From assembly GCA_965207275.1 (NCBI GenBank), contig CBDBMH010000001.1, positions 970,444 through 1,034,443 of the forward strand: a stretch of DNA of 64,000 nucleotides, written 5' to 3'. The DNA is from Dehalococcoidia bacterium. Its GTDB lineage: Bacteria; Chloroflexota; Dehalococcoidia; Lucifugimonadales; UBA3495. Made by a program: the position numbers and the translations under genes. Below the pieces are notes generated by a model. It saw nothing but the letters and a program-made list of their open reading frames with translations. It did not search any database and was not told the DNA's origin. Positions 9,702-18,615 of the stretch are shown piece after piece (the stretch's first letter is position 1; every line of letters starts with the position of its first letter).

Positions 9702-9847
9702 GTCATGCTGAGCGAAGCCGAACCCGCCGCGGCGGGTAAACTTCACTCCACGAACCACCTGTCAAACCCGTAACTAAGCTGGTGAGAGGGATTTAGGCCC
9801 CCGCCAAGGGCGGACGTTCCGCTTCGGCAAGCTCAGGGAGGCATGAC
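9702..9847 (-). repeat. Family-1 MITE-like palindromic element (146 bp)
   Basis: Terminal inverted arms gtcatgctgagcgaagccgaa ... ttcggcaagctcagggaggcatgac. Internal hairpin modules acccgccgcggcgggt and ccgccaagggcgg. Confidence 0.75.
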
Positions 9848-9978
9848 TTCAGCCTTCAACGGACAACAAAGATTAGGATGTTGTAGCCAGGCGCTCCCTT
9901 GACTATAACCCTGCCCAAGTTACAATCCCAACAACAGGGTCAAGTGCCTAATTCACTATTGATCAGAGAGGTAGCAGT

Positions 9979-10728
9979 ATGCGTTTGGAAGGAAAGGTAG
10001 CGTTGATCAGCGGCGGCGCCAGGGGCCAGGGAGCCGTCGAGGCCAGGATGTTCGCCACCGAGGGGGCCCGGGTGGTCATCGCCGACGTGCTGGATGACGA
10101 GGGACGGCAGGTGGAGGCGGAAATCAACGAGCAGGGCGGGGAATGCCTGTTCCTGCGGCTGGACGTGACCAGCGAGGCCAACTGGCAGGATGTGGTGGCC
10201 GCCACGGTGGAGCGGTTCGGCAAGCTGGATATCCTGGTCAACAACGCTGGCATCTACCGCACGGAGACGGTGGAGGAGACCTCGGAGGAACTGTGGGACC
10301 AGGTAATGGACATCAACGGCAAGGGCGTGTTCCTGGGTACAAAGGCTGCCATACCGGAGATGCGCAAGGCCGGTGGCGGCTCCATCATCAACATCTCGTC
10401 GGTAGCGGGGCTGGTGGGCAGCGAGCTGTCGGCGGCCTACGGCTCGTCCAAGGGGGCGGTGCGGATTTTCACCAAGGCCACGGCCATTCAGTACGCCGGC
10501 GAGAAGATACGGGCCAATTCCATCCACCCGGGCATCATCGAGACTCCCATGACGGCGGAACTGCTGGCTGACGAAGAACACCGCCAATACCGGCTGAACC
10601 GAACGCCCCTGCGGCGCATTGGCCGGCCGGAGGACGTGGCCTATGGGGCCCTGTACCTGGCCTCGGACGAGTCGTCCTTCGTTACCGGCAGCGAACTGGT
10701 GATCGACGGAGGCAGGACGGCGATGTAG
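9979..10728 (+). CDS. SDR-family oxidoreductase (3-oxoacyl-ACP reductase / hydroxysteroid dehydrogenase-like)
   Basis: VALISGGARGQG, NNAGI and SSVAG...YGSSK motifs. GAGAGG RBS. Confidence 0.9.
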   Translation: MRLEGKVALISGGARGQGAVEARMFATEGARVVIADVLDDEGRQVEAEINEQGGECLFLRLDVTSEANWQDVVAATVERFGKLDILVNNAGIYRTETVEETSEELWDQVMDINGKGVFLGTKAAIPEMRKAGGGSIINISSVAGLVGSELSAAYGSSKGAVRIFTKATAIQYAGEKIRANSIHPGIIETPMTAELLADEEHRQYRLNRTPLRRIGRPEDVAYGALYLASDESSFVTGSELVIDGGRTAM

Positions 10729-10737
10729 GAGAATCTA

Positions 10738-10760
10738 ATCCACGAATAGTCACGAGGTCA
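10738..10760 (+). repeat. Family-3 CCACGAA motif copy (aatccacgaatagtcacgaggtc)
   Basis: Similar to the inverted repeats flanking the GxxExxY pseudogene at 48727 and 49156. An inverted partner lies at 10960..10991. Confidence 0.5.
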
Positions 10761-10802
10761 AGGCAGCCATGTCTTGCAGACGGATTCCTCTCTTGAAATG
10801 AA

Positions 10803-10918
10803 GTCATGTCGTCCTGAGCTTGCCGAAGGACCTAAAGTCTTTCCCCTCTGTCTGGTAACGAGTCCGAAACCCGGATCGTGGGACGGATTCTGGATACTTC
10901 GGCTTCGCTCAGCATGAC
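10803..10918 (+). repeat. Family-1 MITE-like palindromic element (116 bp)
   Basis: Arms gtcatgtcgtcctgagcttgccgaagg ... cttcggcttcgctcagcatgac. Orientation is opposite to the copy at 9702..9847. Confidence 0.8.
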
Positions 10919-10959
10919 ATTGACCTATGGCGTGATGGCCCTGCCACTAATGACAGAAT

Positions 10960-10991
10960 CCTCATCCGCGCCTATTCGTGGTTGAAAAAGG
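10960..10991 (-). repeat. Family-3 CCACGAA motif copy (reverse complement ttttcaaccacgaataggcgcggatgagg)
   Basis: Inverted with respect to 10738..10760. Together they bracket the family-1 element. Confidence 0.5.
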
Positions 10992-12758
10992 CTACCGGCC
11001 CATGGCGTAGTTGTCACGGCGCAGGTCGGCGCCCACCTCCAGGGTTTCCCGCTCGCGGTTAATGGTGATGGCATTCAGGGCGCCCATGCGCGGCGTCCAG
11101 TCGTCCCATACGTCCACCACGTGGCCGCGCCGTTCCAACTCTTTGACGGTTTCGGGGTCTATGCGGCCCTCGGCGGACATCGCCGCCGGGGTGTGGCCGT
11201 GGGGGAAGCCCGAGTCGGGGAAGCTCCAGCTGGCCACCCGGGGCTGCTCGATGGCCTGCTGCACGTCCATGCCGAACTCGGCTACATTGAGGAAAAGCTG
11301 GGTCATGGACTGGCACTGGACGTCGCCGCCGGGCGTACCGAAGGGCATCCACAGCTTGCCGTCGCGGAAGGCCATGGCGGGATTGGGAGTCAGACGGGGC
11401 CGCTTACCGGGCATCAGGCAGGCCGGATGGTCCCGGTCCAGCCAGGTCTGGTAGCCGCGGGTGGACATGGCAAAGCCCAGACCTGGGACCGCGGCCGCGC
11501 TGCCAATGCCGTCGCTGGGGGTAGCCGAGAAGCCGTTACCCCACCGGTCCACCACGCAGACATAGCTGGTGTCCGGTTCTGCCGCGCCGGCCACCGGCTC
11601 CGGGTGGGCCGGCTTCACCCGGTTTCCGTCCTGGCCTCCGTAGCCCTGGTAGGCCCAGGGGTCGCCGGCCCGGGGCATGTCGGGGCAGGCGCGGGCCGGG
11701 TCGATTTCCTGGCGGCGCCGAGCGGCGTAGTCCGGGTCCAGCAGGCCCTTCATGGGCACGTTAACGAAGTCGGGGTCGCCATACCAGGCGTGGCGGTCGG
11801 AGAAGGCCAACTTCAGGGACTCGATGAGGGTGTGGAGATAATCGGGGCTGTTGTGGCCCATGGCCCGCAGGTCGAAGCCCGACAGGATGCCCAATGCCTG
11901 GATTGTAGTGGGGCCCTGGCACCAGGGGCCGCAGGTGAAGACCTCGATGCCCTTGTAATCGACGGAGGCCGGCGGCTCCAGCTTGGCCTCGAACCCGGCC
12001 ATGTCCTCCAGGGACAGCAGACCGCCCTGGGCCCGGTTGAACTCCACCATCTTGTGGGCCATGTCGCCCCGGTAGAACAGGTCGCGGGCAGCCTGGATGG
12101 CCATGACCCGCCCCTTGGCGGAGGCGGCGCGCTCGGCAGAGATGAGCCGCTTGAAGGTGTTGGCCAGTTCCTTCTGGACGGCCACTTCGCCGGTTGCCAG
12201 GGCTTTTCCGCCAGGGAAGAAGACGTCCAGGGTGCTGCCCCAGATGCGGGGATCGCGGTTGCCGCTGGCGAACTTTTCCTCCTCCCGGGCCAGGGCGCGG
12301 TGCAGCGACTGGGGACTGGGGAAGCCCTTTTCCGCCAGTTCCAGGGCCGGGGTGACTACCCGCGCTAAGGACATGGTGCCGTATAACTGAATGGCGGTCA
12401 GCCAGGCATCGGCGGCCGACGGGGTGACGGTACGCAGGACGCCGCCGGGAAGCTGGCCCCCATGATTGGCTTCGAAGTAGTCCACGCTGGCGGCCTTGGG
12501 CCAGCGACCCAGGCCGGCGATGGTTACCGTTTCGCCTCGGGCGGCGTCGTGGACCATGATGGGGGCCACGCCGCCGAAGCTGGTGTACTGGGGCAGGGTG
12601 ACGTTAAGAACGATGCCGGCGGCAACGCCGGCGTCGGTGGCGTTGCCGCCCTCTTCCAGGATGCGGTAGGCGGCAGCGGTAGCCAGGTAGTGGCCGGCCG
12701 CAGCCATGTGGGTGCGCCCCGCTATCAGGGGGCGGTAAGTCCTGAGTCCCAGCGCCAT
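10992..12758 (-). CDS. ggt: Gamma-glutamyltransferase
   Basis: Family-typical AAGHYLATAAAYRILEEGGNATDAGVAA and the autoprocessing-site region DTSYVCVVDRWGN. ATG 12758 is preceded by GGAGGTG. The track ORF extends upstream without support. Confidence 0.9.
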   Translation of the reverse strand: MALGLRTYRPLIAGRTHMAAAGHYLATAAAYRILEEGGNATDAGVAAGIVLNVTLPQYTSFGGVAPIMVHDAARGETVTIAGLGRWPKAASVDYFEANHGGQLPGGVLRTVTPSAADAWLTAIQLYGTMSLARVVTPALELAEKGFPSPQSLHRALAREEEKFASGNRDPRIWGSTLDVFFPGGKALATGEVAVQKELANTFKRLISAERAASAKGRVMAIQAARDLFYRGDMAHKMVEFNRAQGGLLSLEDMAGFEAKLEPPASVDYKGIEVFTCGPWCQGPTTIQALGILSGFDLRAMGHNSPDYLHTLIESLKLAFSDRHAWYGDPDFVNVPMKGLLDPDYAARRRQEIDPARACPDMPRAGDPWAYQGYGGQDGNRVKPAHPEPVAGAAEPDTSYVCVVDRWGNGFSATPSDGIGSAAAVPGLGFAMSTRGYQTWLDRDHPACLMPGKRPRLTPNPAMAFRDGKLWMPFGTPGGDVQCQSMTQLFLNVAEFGMDVQQAIEQPRVASWSFPDSGFPHGHTPAAMSAEGRIDPETVKELERRGHVVDVWDDWTPRMGALNAITINRERETLEVGADLRRDNYAMGR

Positions 12759-12775
12759 GTCAGCACCTCCAGGGA

Positions 12776-12811
12776 TTTTTCGTCCACGAAGGGACGCGAA
12801 GATTTGCGAAG
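12776..12811 (+). repeat. Family-3 motif, solo copy (tttttcgtccacgaagggacgcgaagatttgcgaag)
   Basis: Close match to the left IR at 48727..48762. Lies in the 53-nt spacer between two minus-strand genes. Confidence 0.6.
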
Positions 12812-13894
12812 TTAGTTCAGGTCGGCCAGGCGGGGCATGACGTCCCGGGCCAGGCTGGTTACCGAGTTGATCCAGCCCTCCTCCGGGTCCCATTCGTGGC
12901 CCATGGCCAGGAGAACACCGAAGCCACCCACGTCCTGGTGCATCTGCCGCAGCTTCTCGGTAACGTCGTCGGGGCTGCCGACGATCCATACGTTGTCCAC
13001 CAGGTACTCCGGGGTTATTGCCTCGTCGGGAGTTTCGGAGTCGGTCTTGAACAGGCTCAGGGCTTCCATGTATTGCATCAAGGGAATGAAATACTGGCGG
13101 AAGTCGCGGCCGATGGTCCCGTTCAGTACTTCGTCCCGGGCCTGCTCGGTAGTCTCGGCAACGTAGATTTCACGGGCAATGCGCCATTCCGAGCGATCGG
13201 GAGTGCGGCCCGTTACCTTCGCGCCGGCCTCCACCGCTTCCCAGTGGCTCTTCAGGGTTGCCGTCGGCACCAGGTTGATGCTTAAGGGCAGCCAGCCCTT
13301 TTCACCCGCCAGCAGCAGGGTGTCGGACCTGGCCGATACGCCGGCCACGCCGATGGGTGGATGGGGCTTCTGGTAGGGGGTGACGTGGAACTGCAGGCCG
13401 ATTTCAGGCACGGGCTGGGGGATGGCGAACTTCCAGTAGGGATGCTGGTAGTCTCCGGGCCGGGGATTCTCCCACATGTCCAGGATAAGCTCGATCATCT
13501 GGCGGGACATGCCCCGGTGGGCGCCTTCGGAGGCGTCCATGCCGAACACCTCGAAGTCGCCGGGAAACCCGCCGGAACCCACGCCCCAGTAGAAACGGCC
13601 CCGGGCCAGGTTGTCCAGCTGGGCCACCCGGTGGGCGATCATAAAGGGGTCGTGGTTGGGCATGCAGGTAACGCCGGTGCCGAAGACGATGTTCCTGGTG
13701 CGGGGCAGCGCGGCGGCGATAAATTGGTCCGGCGCGGGAATGTTCTCCCAGACGGTGGTGAAGTGCTCGCCGATCCAGGCTTCGCAGTAGCCCAGGCGGT
13801 CGAGGGTTTCCATCTGGACCAGGTCCGATTCCAGGGTGGCGGACAGGTCGGAGCCTGGGGGATGGAGGGGCATCGTAAAGTAACCAAGCCGCAT
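12812..13894 (-). CDS. LLM-class (luciferase-like) flavin-dependent oxidoreductase
   Basis: MRLGYFTMP...LGYCEAWIGEHF... is typical of luciferase-like monooxygenases. AAGGAG lies 7 nt upstream of ATG 13894. Confidence 0.85.
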   Translation of the reverse strand: MRLGYFTMPLHPPGSDLSATLESDLVQMETLDRLGYCEAWIGEHFTTVWENIPAPDQFIAAALPRTRNIVFGTGVTCMPNHDPFMIAHRVAQLDNLARGRFYWGVGSGGFPGDFEVFGMDASEGAHRGMSRQMIELILDMWENPRPGDYQHPYWKFAIPQPVPEIGLQFHVTPYQKPHPPIGVAGVSARSDTLLLAGEKGWLPLSINLVPTATLKSHWEAVEAGAKVTGRTPDRSEWRIAREIYVAETTEQARDEVLNGTIGRDFRQYFIPLMQYMEALSLFKTDSETPDEAITPEYLVDNVWIVGSPDDVTEKLRQMHQDVGGFGVLLAMGHEWDPEEGWINSVTSLARDVMPRLADLN

Positions 13895-14061
13895 AACCGA
13901 CTCCTTCCGGGGCATGGAGATTTGGCGTAAGTATAGTGTATCGACAGGGAAGAATGAAAGGCGAAGACCGGGGGTTCGCCAAACCCCCTTTCACCACCGC
14001 ACCAGGAGAAAACCCGGGCAACATTTTCAAAAAATGACCAAAAATCCGAACAGAAACCCCA

Positions 14062-14091
14062 TTGACACTATCAGAACAGCCGTTCTATACT
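14062..14091 (+). promoter_or_regulatory. Sigma-70-type promoter TTGACA-N18-TATACT
   Basis: TTGACA at 14062..14067 and TATACT at 14086..14091. Positioned 45-50 nt upstream of the 14136/14142 start codons. Confidence 0.65.
14074..14085. promoter_or_regulatory. LexA-type (Cheo) box GAACagccGTTC, perfect GAAC-N4-GTTC
   Basis: Palindrome aGAACagccGTTCt lies in the promoter spacer and abuts the -10 element. Confidence 0.6.
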
Positions 14092-14104
14092 CATCCTGCG
14101 ATTA

Positions 14105-14116
14105 GAACAAACGTTT
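14105..14116. promoter_or_regulatory. Second, imperfect LexA-type box GAACaaacGTTT; overlaps the perfect 12-bp palindrome acaaacgtttgt (14107..14118)
   Basis: One mismatch to GAAC-N4-GTTC. Located just downstream of the predicted transcription start. Confidence 0.45.
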
Positions 14117-14135
14117 GTGCAAGTAGGTGAGGGAA

Positions 14136-14471
14136 ATGACAATGACGGCAGTTTTGACAACGAACCAGGAATCCATGGACACCATACCCGAGTTTTGCCA
14201 CTACGAGGATACAGGCTGCGAGGTGTCCACCGCCTGCCTCGATTGCCCGCTGCCCCGGTGCAAATTCGACGACCCGGCGTGGTACCAGCGCAACCGCCGT
14301 CTGGCCCGGGACTTCCGGGTGATGTACACCATTCAGCAGGAGAGCCTTTCCATGGAGGAGGCGGCCGAGAGGTTTTCGGTCACAGTGCGAACCATCTTCC
14401 GCACCCTCCAACGGTGTCGCAATGCCCTGGGAACGGTGGACGGGCAGCAGCTGGAGGCCTTTGCGGCCTAA
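14136..14471 (+). CDS. Small Cys-rich protein with C-terminal helix-turn-helix (putative SOS-controlled regulator)
   Basis: N-terminal C-x6-C-x5-C-x2-C-x4-C cluster. The C-terminal segment LSMEEAAERFSVTVRTIFRTLQR looks like an HTH. Start is ambiguous among GTG 14127, ATG 14136 and ATG 14142; GGTGAGGG is the RBS. Confidence 0.55.
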   Translation: MTMTAVLTTNQESMDTIPEFCHYEDTGCEVSTACLDCPLPRCKFDDPAWYQRNRRLARDFRVMYTIQQESLSMEEAAERFSVTVRTIFRTLQRCRNALGTVDGQQLEAFAA

Positions 14472-14549
14472 TTCCCTTTAACCCTGGCGAACAAAAAATC
14501 GGGGCAGGTATGTGGCCCGCCCCGATTGTTTTACCGATATAGCGGATAG

Positions 14550-15725
14550 CTACCCTCGCGGCAGCCCAAGCCCCCGGCTGGCAATGATGTTTCGCTGTAC
14601 TTCGGAGGTGCCGGCGGCGATTTTGTGGGAGAAGCTGGTCATCCAGTGCTCCTGGATGCGGCCCCGCAGCGGCGCGAACTTGTCGTTGCGATCCAGCGCC
14701 CCGTACAGGCCCAGAATTTCCATGCCGGCGATGGTTACTCGCTGCAGGGTCTCACTGCCGAACACCTTGCTCATGGAGGCTTCCTTGTTGGGCACCAGGC
14801 CCTGTCCCTGCATCCAGGCCACGTTGTAGGCCATCAGGCGGGCGACCTCGCACTCGATATACCGGTCGGCCAGCAGGTTGCGCACCCAGGGGGTTTGCAG
14901 CATGGGTTGGCCGTTCTGGTTCGTCTCGGTAGTGTAGTTCTTTACCTCGTCCAGCAGTCGGCGGCCCATGGCCGAATAGTCGATGCCGGAGCGCTCGAAG
15001 TCCAGCAGGGTTACGGCTACGTACCAACCCCGGTTCTCTTCGCCCACAACGTTGCCCACGGGCACCCGAACGTTGTCGAAGATTATCTGGTTGAACTCGT
15101 GGCCGCCGGCCATGTTGATGATGGGCCGCACCTGGATGCCCGGCGTCTTCATGTCCACCAGGATGAAGGAAATGCCCCGGTGCTTGGGGGCGTCGGGGTC
15201 GGTGCGAGCCAGCAGCATGATCCAGTCGGCGCGGTGGCCCAGGGTGGTCCAGATCTTGGCGCCGTTGATGACGTACTCGTCGCCGTCCCGCACCGCCCGG
15301 GTGCTGAGGGAGGCCAGGTCGGAGCCGGATTCAGGTTCGCTGTAGCCCTGGCACCATTGCACCTCGCCCCGGGCCACGGGCTGGAGGTGGGCCTGTTTTT
15401 GTTCCTCGTTGCCGTGAATCATCAGGGTGGGGCCCAACATCCGGACGCCGAAGATGTCGCGGCCAGGGGCGCGCATATAGGCCAGTTCCTCGTTGTAGAT
15501 GGCCGAGCGTACGGGGGAAGCGTCTTGGCCGCCGTATTCACTGGGCCAGTGCATGGTGAGCCAGCCGTTCTGGGCCATCTTGCGGCGCATGTCCCGGGTC
15601 AGTTCCCAGTTCCACTCCTCGGGCCAGCGGCCACCGCCCTCCCAGTCCGGGGGCAGTTCCCGCTGCACAAAGTCGCGCAACTCCTGGCGAAAGGCATCGT
15701 CTTCGGGAGTAAATCTAAAGTCCAC
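14550..15725 (-). CDS. Acyl-CoA dehydrogenase
   Basis: MDFRFTPEDDAFRQELRDF N-terminus, internal W..GYSEPESGSDLASL, and C-terminal ...IAAGTSEVQRNIIA. GTG 15725 sits 5 nt after GGGGAGG. Confidence 0.9.
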   Translation of the reverse strand: MDFRFTPEDDAFRQELRDFVQRELPPDWEGGGRWPEEWNWELTRDMRRKMAQNGWLTMHWPSEYGGQDASPVRSAIYNEELAYMRAPGRDIFGVRMLGPTLMIHGNEEQKQAHLQPVARGEVQWCQGYSEPESGSDLASLSTRAVRDGDEYVINGAKIWTTLGHRADWIMLLARTDPDAPKHRGISFILVDMKTPGIQVRPIINMAGGHEFNQIIFDNVRVPVGNVVGEENRGWYVAVTLLDFERSGIDYSAMGRRLLDEVKNYTTETNQNGQPMLQTPWVRNLLADRYIECEVARLMAYNVAWMQGQGLVPNKEASMSKVFGSETLQRVTIAGMEILGLYGALDRNDKFAPLRGRIQEHWMTSFSHKIAAGTSEVQRNIIASRGLGLPRG

Positions 15726-15815
15726 GGTAACCTCCCCGATGGTTGGAGGATACTGGCCGAGACGGCCGGTATTAACATTCATAAACGCCGCTGGCAACCC
15801 GGCGGCGTTTGAGGG

Positions 15816-16052
15816 CTAAAGGTCGACCACTGGGTATGAGGTAGCACGCACTATGCCGGGAATGGTATGCACCTTCTCGGTTACCAGGATTCCCACCTGG
15901 GTAAAGTCCGCCACGTTGATGACCGCAATAACGTCGAAGGGGCCGGTTACCACGTCCGCCGATTCGATGCCCTCCACCCCGCGCAACGACGTCGCCACGT
16001 CACGGGTGGTCCCAATCGCGGTCTCCACGAGCAGAAAAGCCTTGATTGCCAT
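15816..16052 (-). CDS. Stand-alone Lrp/AsnC-type ligand-binding (RAM) domain protein
   Basis: 78 aa. AFLLVETAIG...V.GPFDVIAVINV.. matches the AsnC_trans_reg pattern. Confidence 0.7.
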   Translation of the reverse strand: MAIKAFLLVETAIGTTRDVATSLRGVEGIESADVVTGPFDVIAVINVADFTQVGILVTEKVHTIPGIVRATSYPVVDL

Positions 16053-16209
16053 TTGCTACCTCTCAACAGCGTCTATTTGGTCGTCCGGCTAATTCTAAGG
16101 CGGCCCCAAAGTAGTGTCAATTGAGCCTGTCGGATGGGTCGTGGTCTCCATTGGTGCAAATCGGCTACAATTCGTGGATAATTGAGCAAAAGCGCGTGGA
16201 GTGAGAGTC

Positions 16210-16761
16210 ATGGTTTCCAAGCCTCGACTGGTAACTGCCGAAGAATTACTGGAAATGCCCGACGACGGGTCCCGGTATGAATTGGTGCGAGGAGAGTTGC
16301 GGAAGATGGCGCCTGCAGGAGCTAGACACGGGAGATCGGCCGGCAAGGTAGCCAGGCCGCTCATGAATCACGTGGCCACCAACAACTTGGGAGAGGTATA
16401 TATAGCTGAAGCAGGTTTTCTGCTGTCCACCGACCCTGACATTGTCCGCGTGCCAGACGTTGCTTTCGTACGTCGGGAGCGATTTGAGCTCGTGGGCGAC
16501 GTAGATGGCTTTTTCCCTGGCCCCCCCGACCTGGTCGTTGAAGTAATCTCTCCCAACGACCGCTATACCGAGGTTGCCGAAAAGGTGGAAGATTGGCTGG
16601 CCGCAGGTACCCGGATGGTGGTGGTAGTTGATTCCCGCCGCCGGGTAGCCGTCGTCCATCTGCCTGGCAGGGAGCCAATAACGCTGACGGAGCAGGATAC
16701 GCTGGACGGCGGCGACGTGGTGCCGGGCTGGAGTATCACCGTGGCCGAAATCTTCGTCTAA
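16210..16761 (+). CDS. Uma2-family (DUF820) endonuclease
   Basis: YELVRGEL..MAPAG..H, VPDVAFV and PDLVVEVISPND motifs. Confidence 0.85.
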   Translation: MVSKPRLVTAEELLEMPDDGSRYELVRGELRKMAPAGARHGRSAGKVARPLMNHVATNNLGEVYIAEAGFLLSTDPDIVRVPDVAFVRRERFELVGDVDGFFPGPPDLVVEVISPNDRYTEVAEKVEDWLAAGTRMVVVVDSRRRVAVVHLPGREPITLTEQDTLDGGDVVPGWSITVAEIFV

Positions 16762-16817
16762 GCCCTATCTACACTCAAAGCCCGCCGTAATCTGTGAATA
16801 ACCAAAAAGTAGCCGCC

Positions 16818-17537
16818 ATGGAACTGCTGGCCCGAGGCGCACCGGAACTGGGGCTGTCCCTGGACGCCGACCAATTGGCCCGGTTCGAGACCTATTACCG
16901 GCAACTGGCTGACTGGAACGGACGGATGAACCTAACCTCGGTCATCCAGTATGAAGAGGTGCAGGTCAAGCACTTTCTCGACTCGCTGACCGTGCTCCCG
17001 GCCATTGGCTCGTCCCTTTCTACCAACCCCAGAGTTGTTGACGTGGGGGCCGGCGCTGGTTTACCCGGCCTGCCCCTGAAGCTGGCCTGCCCGGGCATAA
17101 CGCTGGCCCTGGTTGAATCTACCGGCAAGAAGACAACCTTCCTGCGCCACATGGTCGAAACCCTGGCCCTGAATGATGTTGAGGTCCACACCGGCCGTGC
17201 CGAGGAACTGGGACACCGTCCCGAGCTGCGGGAGAGCTATGACGTTGCCCTGGCCCGGGGCCTGGCCCGCCTGCCCACCCTGCTGGAGTGTACCCTGCCC
17301 TTCACGAGCGGAGGCGGCCTGGTGGCGGCCTGGAAGCATGGGGGCGACGGCCTGAGAGCCGAGTTGGATTCCGCGCGCCGGGCGTTGCAAATATTGGGTG
17401 GCCGGGTGAAGTCCATCTATCCGGTTAAAGCGACGGGGCTCGAGGACAACCGGGTGGTGGTAATAATAGAAAAGGTGAAGGAAACTCCGGAAGAGTACCC
17501 GCGCAGGCCCGGGGTTCCGAGGAAACAGCCGCTGTAG
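16818..17537 (+). CDS. rsmG: 16S rRNA (guanine527-N7)-methyltransferase RsmG
   Basis: L..WN.RMNLTS, DVGAGAGLPGLPLK, and ESTGKKTTFL. The start could also be GTG 16794. Confidence 0.85.
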   Translation: MELLARGAPELGLSLDADQLARFETYYRQLADWNGRMNLTSVIQYEEVQVKHFLDSLTVLPAIGSSLSTNPRVVDVGAGAGLPGLPLKLACPGITLALVESTGKKTTFLRHMVETLALNDVEVHTGRAEELGHRPELRESYDVALARGLARLPTLLECTLPFTSGGGLVAAWKHGGDGLRAELDSARRALQILGGRVKSIYPVKATGLEDNRVVVIIEKVKETPEEYPRRPGVPRKQPL

Positions 17538-17591
17538 TATTGGCGGCGCTTCGTGTTTAGTCGTGGATTAACCAAACTCGGAGGAACAACG

Positions 17592-18539
17592 ATGACAGTC
17601 ATGGTAACCGGGGGCAATGGTCTCATCGGCTCCCGCATAATACGCAAGCTGCAGGAACGGGGCGAGGACGTGATGTCCTTTGACCTGGCTCCGCCGCGGT
17701 CCAACCTGCCCCTGCACCGGCACCTGGGGAGTGCGCCGTTCTACCGGGGCGACATTACCCAGATCCCCCACCTGCTGGAAGCGGTGAACACCCATGGCGT
17801 CGACCGCATCATCCATATGGCGGCCCTGCTGCCCCCGGATACGGAGGACCGGCCCCACTTCGGGATGCAGGTCAACATCGTGGGGACCAACAACGTCTTC
17901 GAGGTGGCCCGCTGGACCGGAGTGCAGCGGGTGGTTTATGCCAGTTCCATCGCCGTGTACGGGGTGCAGGAGACCTTCGGTGAGCGGCCCCTGGTGGAGG
18001 ATGACCTGACCGCCCCCATCAACGTGTACGGCATGACCAAAGCGGCCAACGATTTTTCAGCCTGGAAGTACCGGGACCGGTACGGGCTGGACCTGCGGGG
18101 AATCCGCATCGGCACCGTCTTCGGCCATGGCCGCACCACCGGCATGACGGGGATGATCGGCGGCCTGATGGTGTCGCTGCCGGCCCTGGGGCAGCCCGTG
18201 GCAATGCCCTTCGACCCAAGCGAGGCGTCACCCATGATTCACGCGGAAGACGCCGCCGAAATTTTCGTCCAGGTGGCCCTCTCCGGCGCACTGAACCACC
18301 ACTTGTACCTGACCGGCGGCCACCTGGCAACCATTGGAGACATGGCGGAGGTGGTGCGCCGATTCATACCCGACGCCCAGATAACTACTGGCCAGCAGGC
18401 TGTGCCTCACGTGTACCTGGTGGACAACAGCCGTATGCTGGGCGAGGTGGGCTACGAAATGGCCCCCCTGGAGGTGCGGGTGCTGGAACACATCAACGAC
18501 GCGCGGGAAGAGGCGGGGTTGGAACCGATACCCGGTTAG
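17592..18539 (+). CDS. NAD-dependent epimerase/dehydratase family protein
   Basis: VMVTGGNGLIGSRI Rossmann motif and YGMTKAANDF (YxxxK). GGAGG lies upstream of ATG 17592. Confidence 0.85.
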   Translation: MTVMVTGGNGLIGSRIIRKLQERGEDVMSFDLAPPRSNLPLHRHLGSAPFYRGDITQIPHLLEAVNTHGVDRIIHMAALLPPDTEDRPHFGMQVNIVGTNNVFEVARWTGVQRVVYASSIAVYGVQETFGERPLVEDDLTAPINVYGMTKAANDFSAWKYRDRYGLDLRGIRIGTVFGHGRTTGMTGMIGGLMVSLPALGQPVAMPFDPSEASPMIHAEDAAEIFVQVALSGALNHHLYLTGGHLATIGDMAEVVRRFIPDAQITTGQQAVPHVYLVDNSRMLGEVGYEMAPLEVRVLEHINDAREEAGLEPIPG

Positions 18540-18615
18540 CTGAGTCAAACAATGATGAACAGGATGGGGTTTTGATGCGATTCCGTACATCCGGCGCATC
18601 TATGGTTTTATCCCC

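Noticed and set aside
11121-12368. 415-aa plus-strand ORF
   Set aside because: It is antisense to gamma-glutamyltransferase and is a shadow ORF.
14625-15812. 395-aa plus-strand ORF
   Set aside because: It is antisense to the acyl-CoA dehydrogenase and is a shadow ORF.
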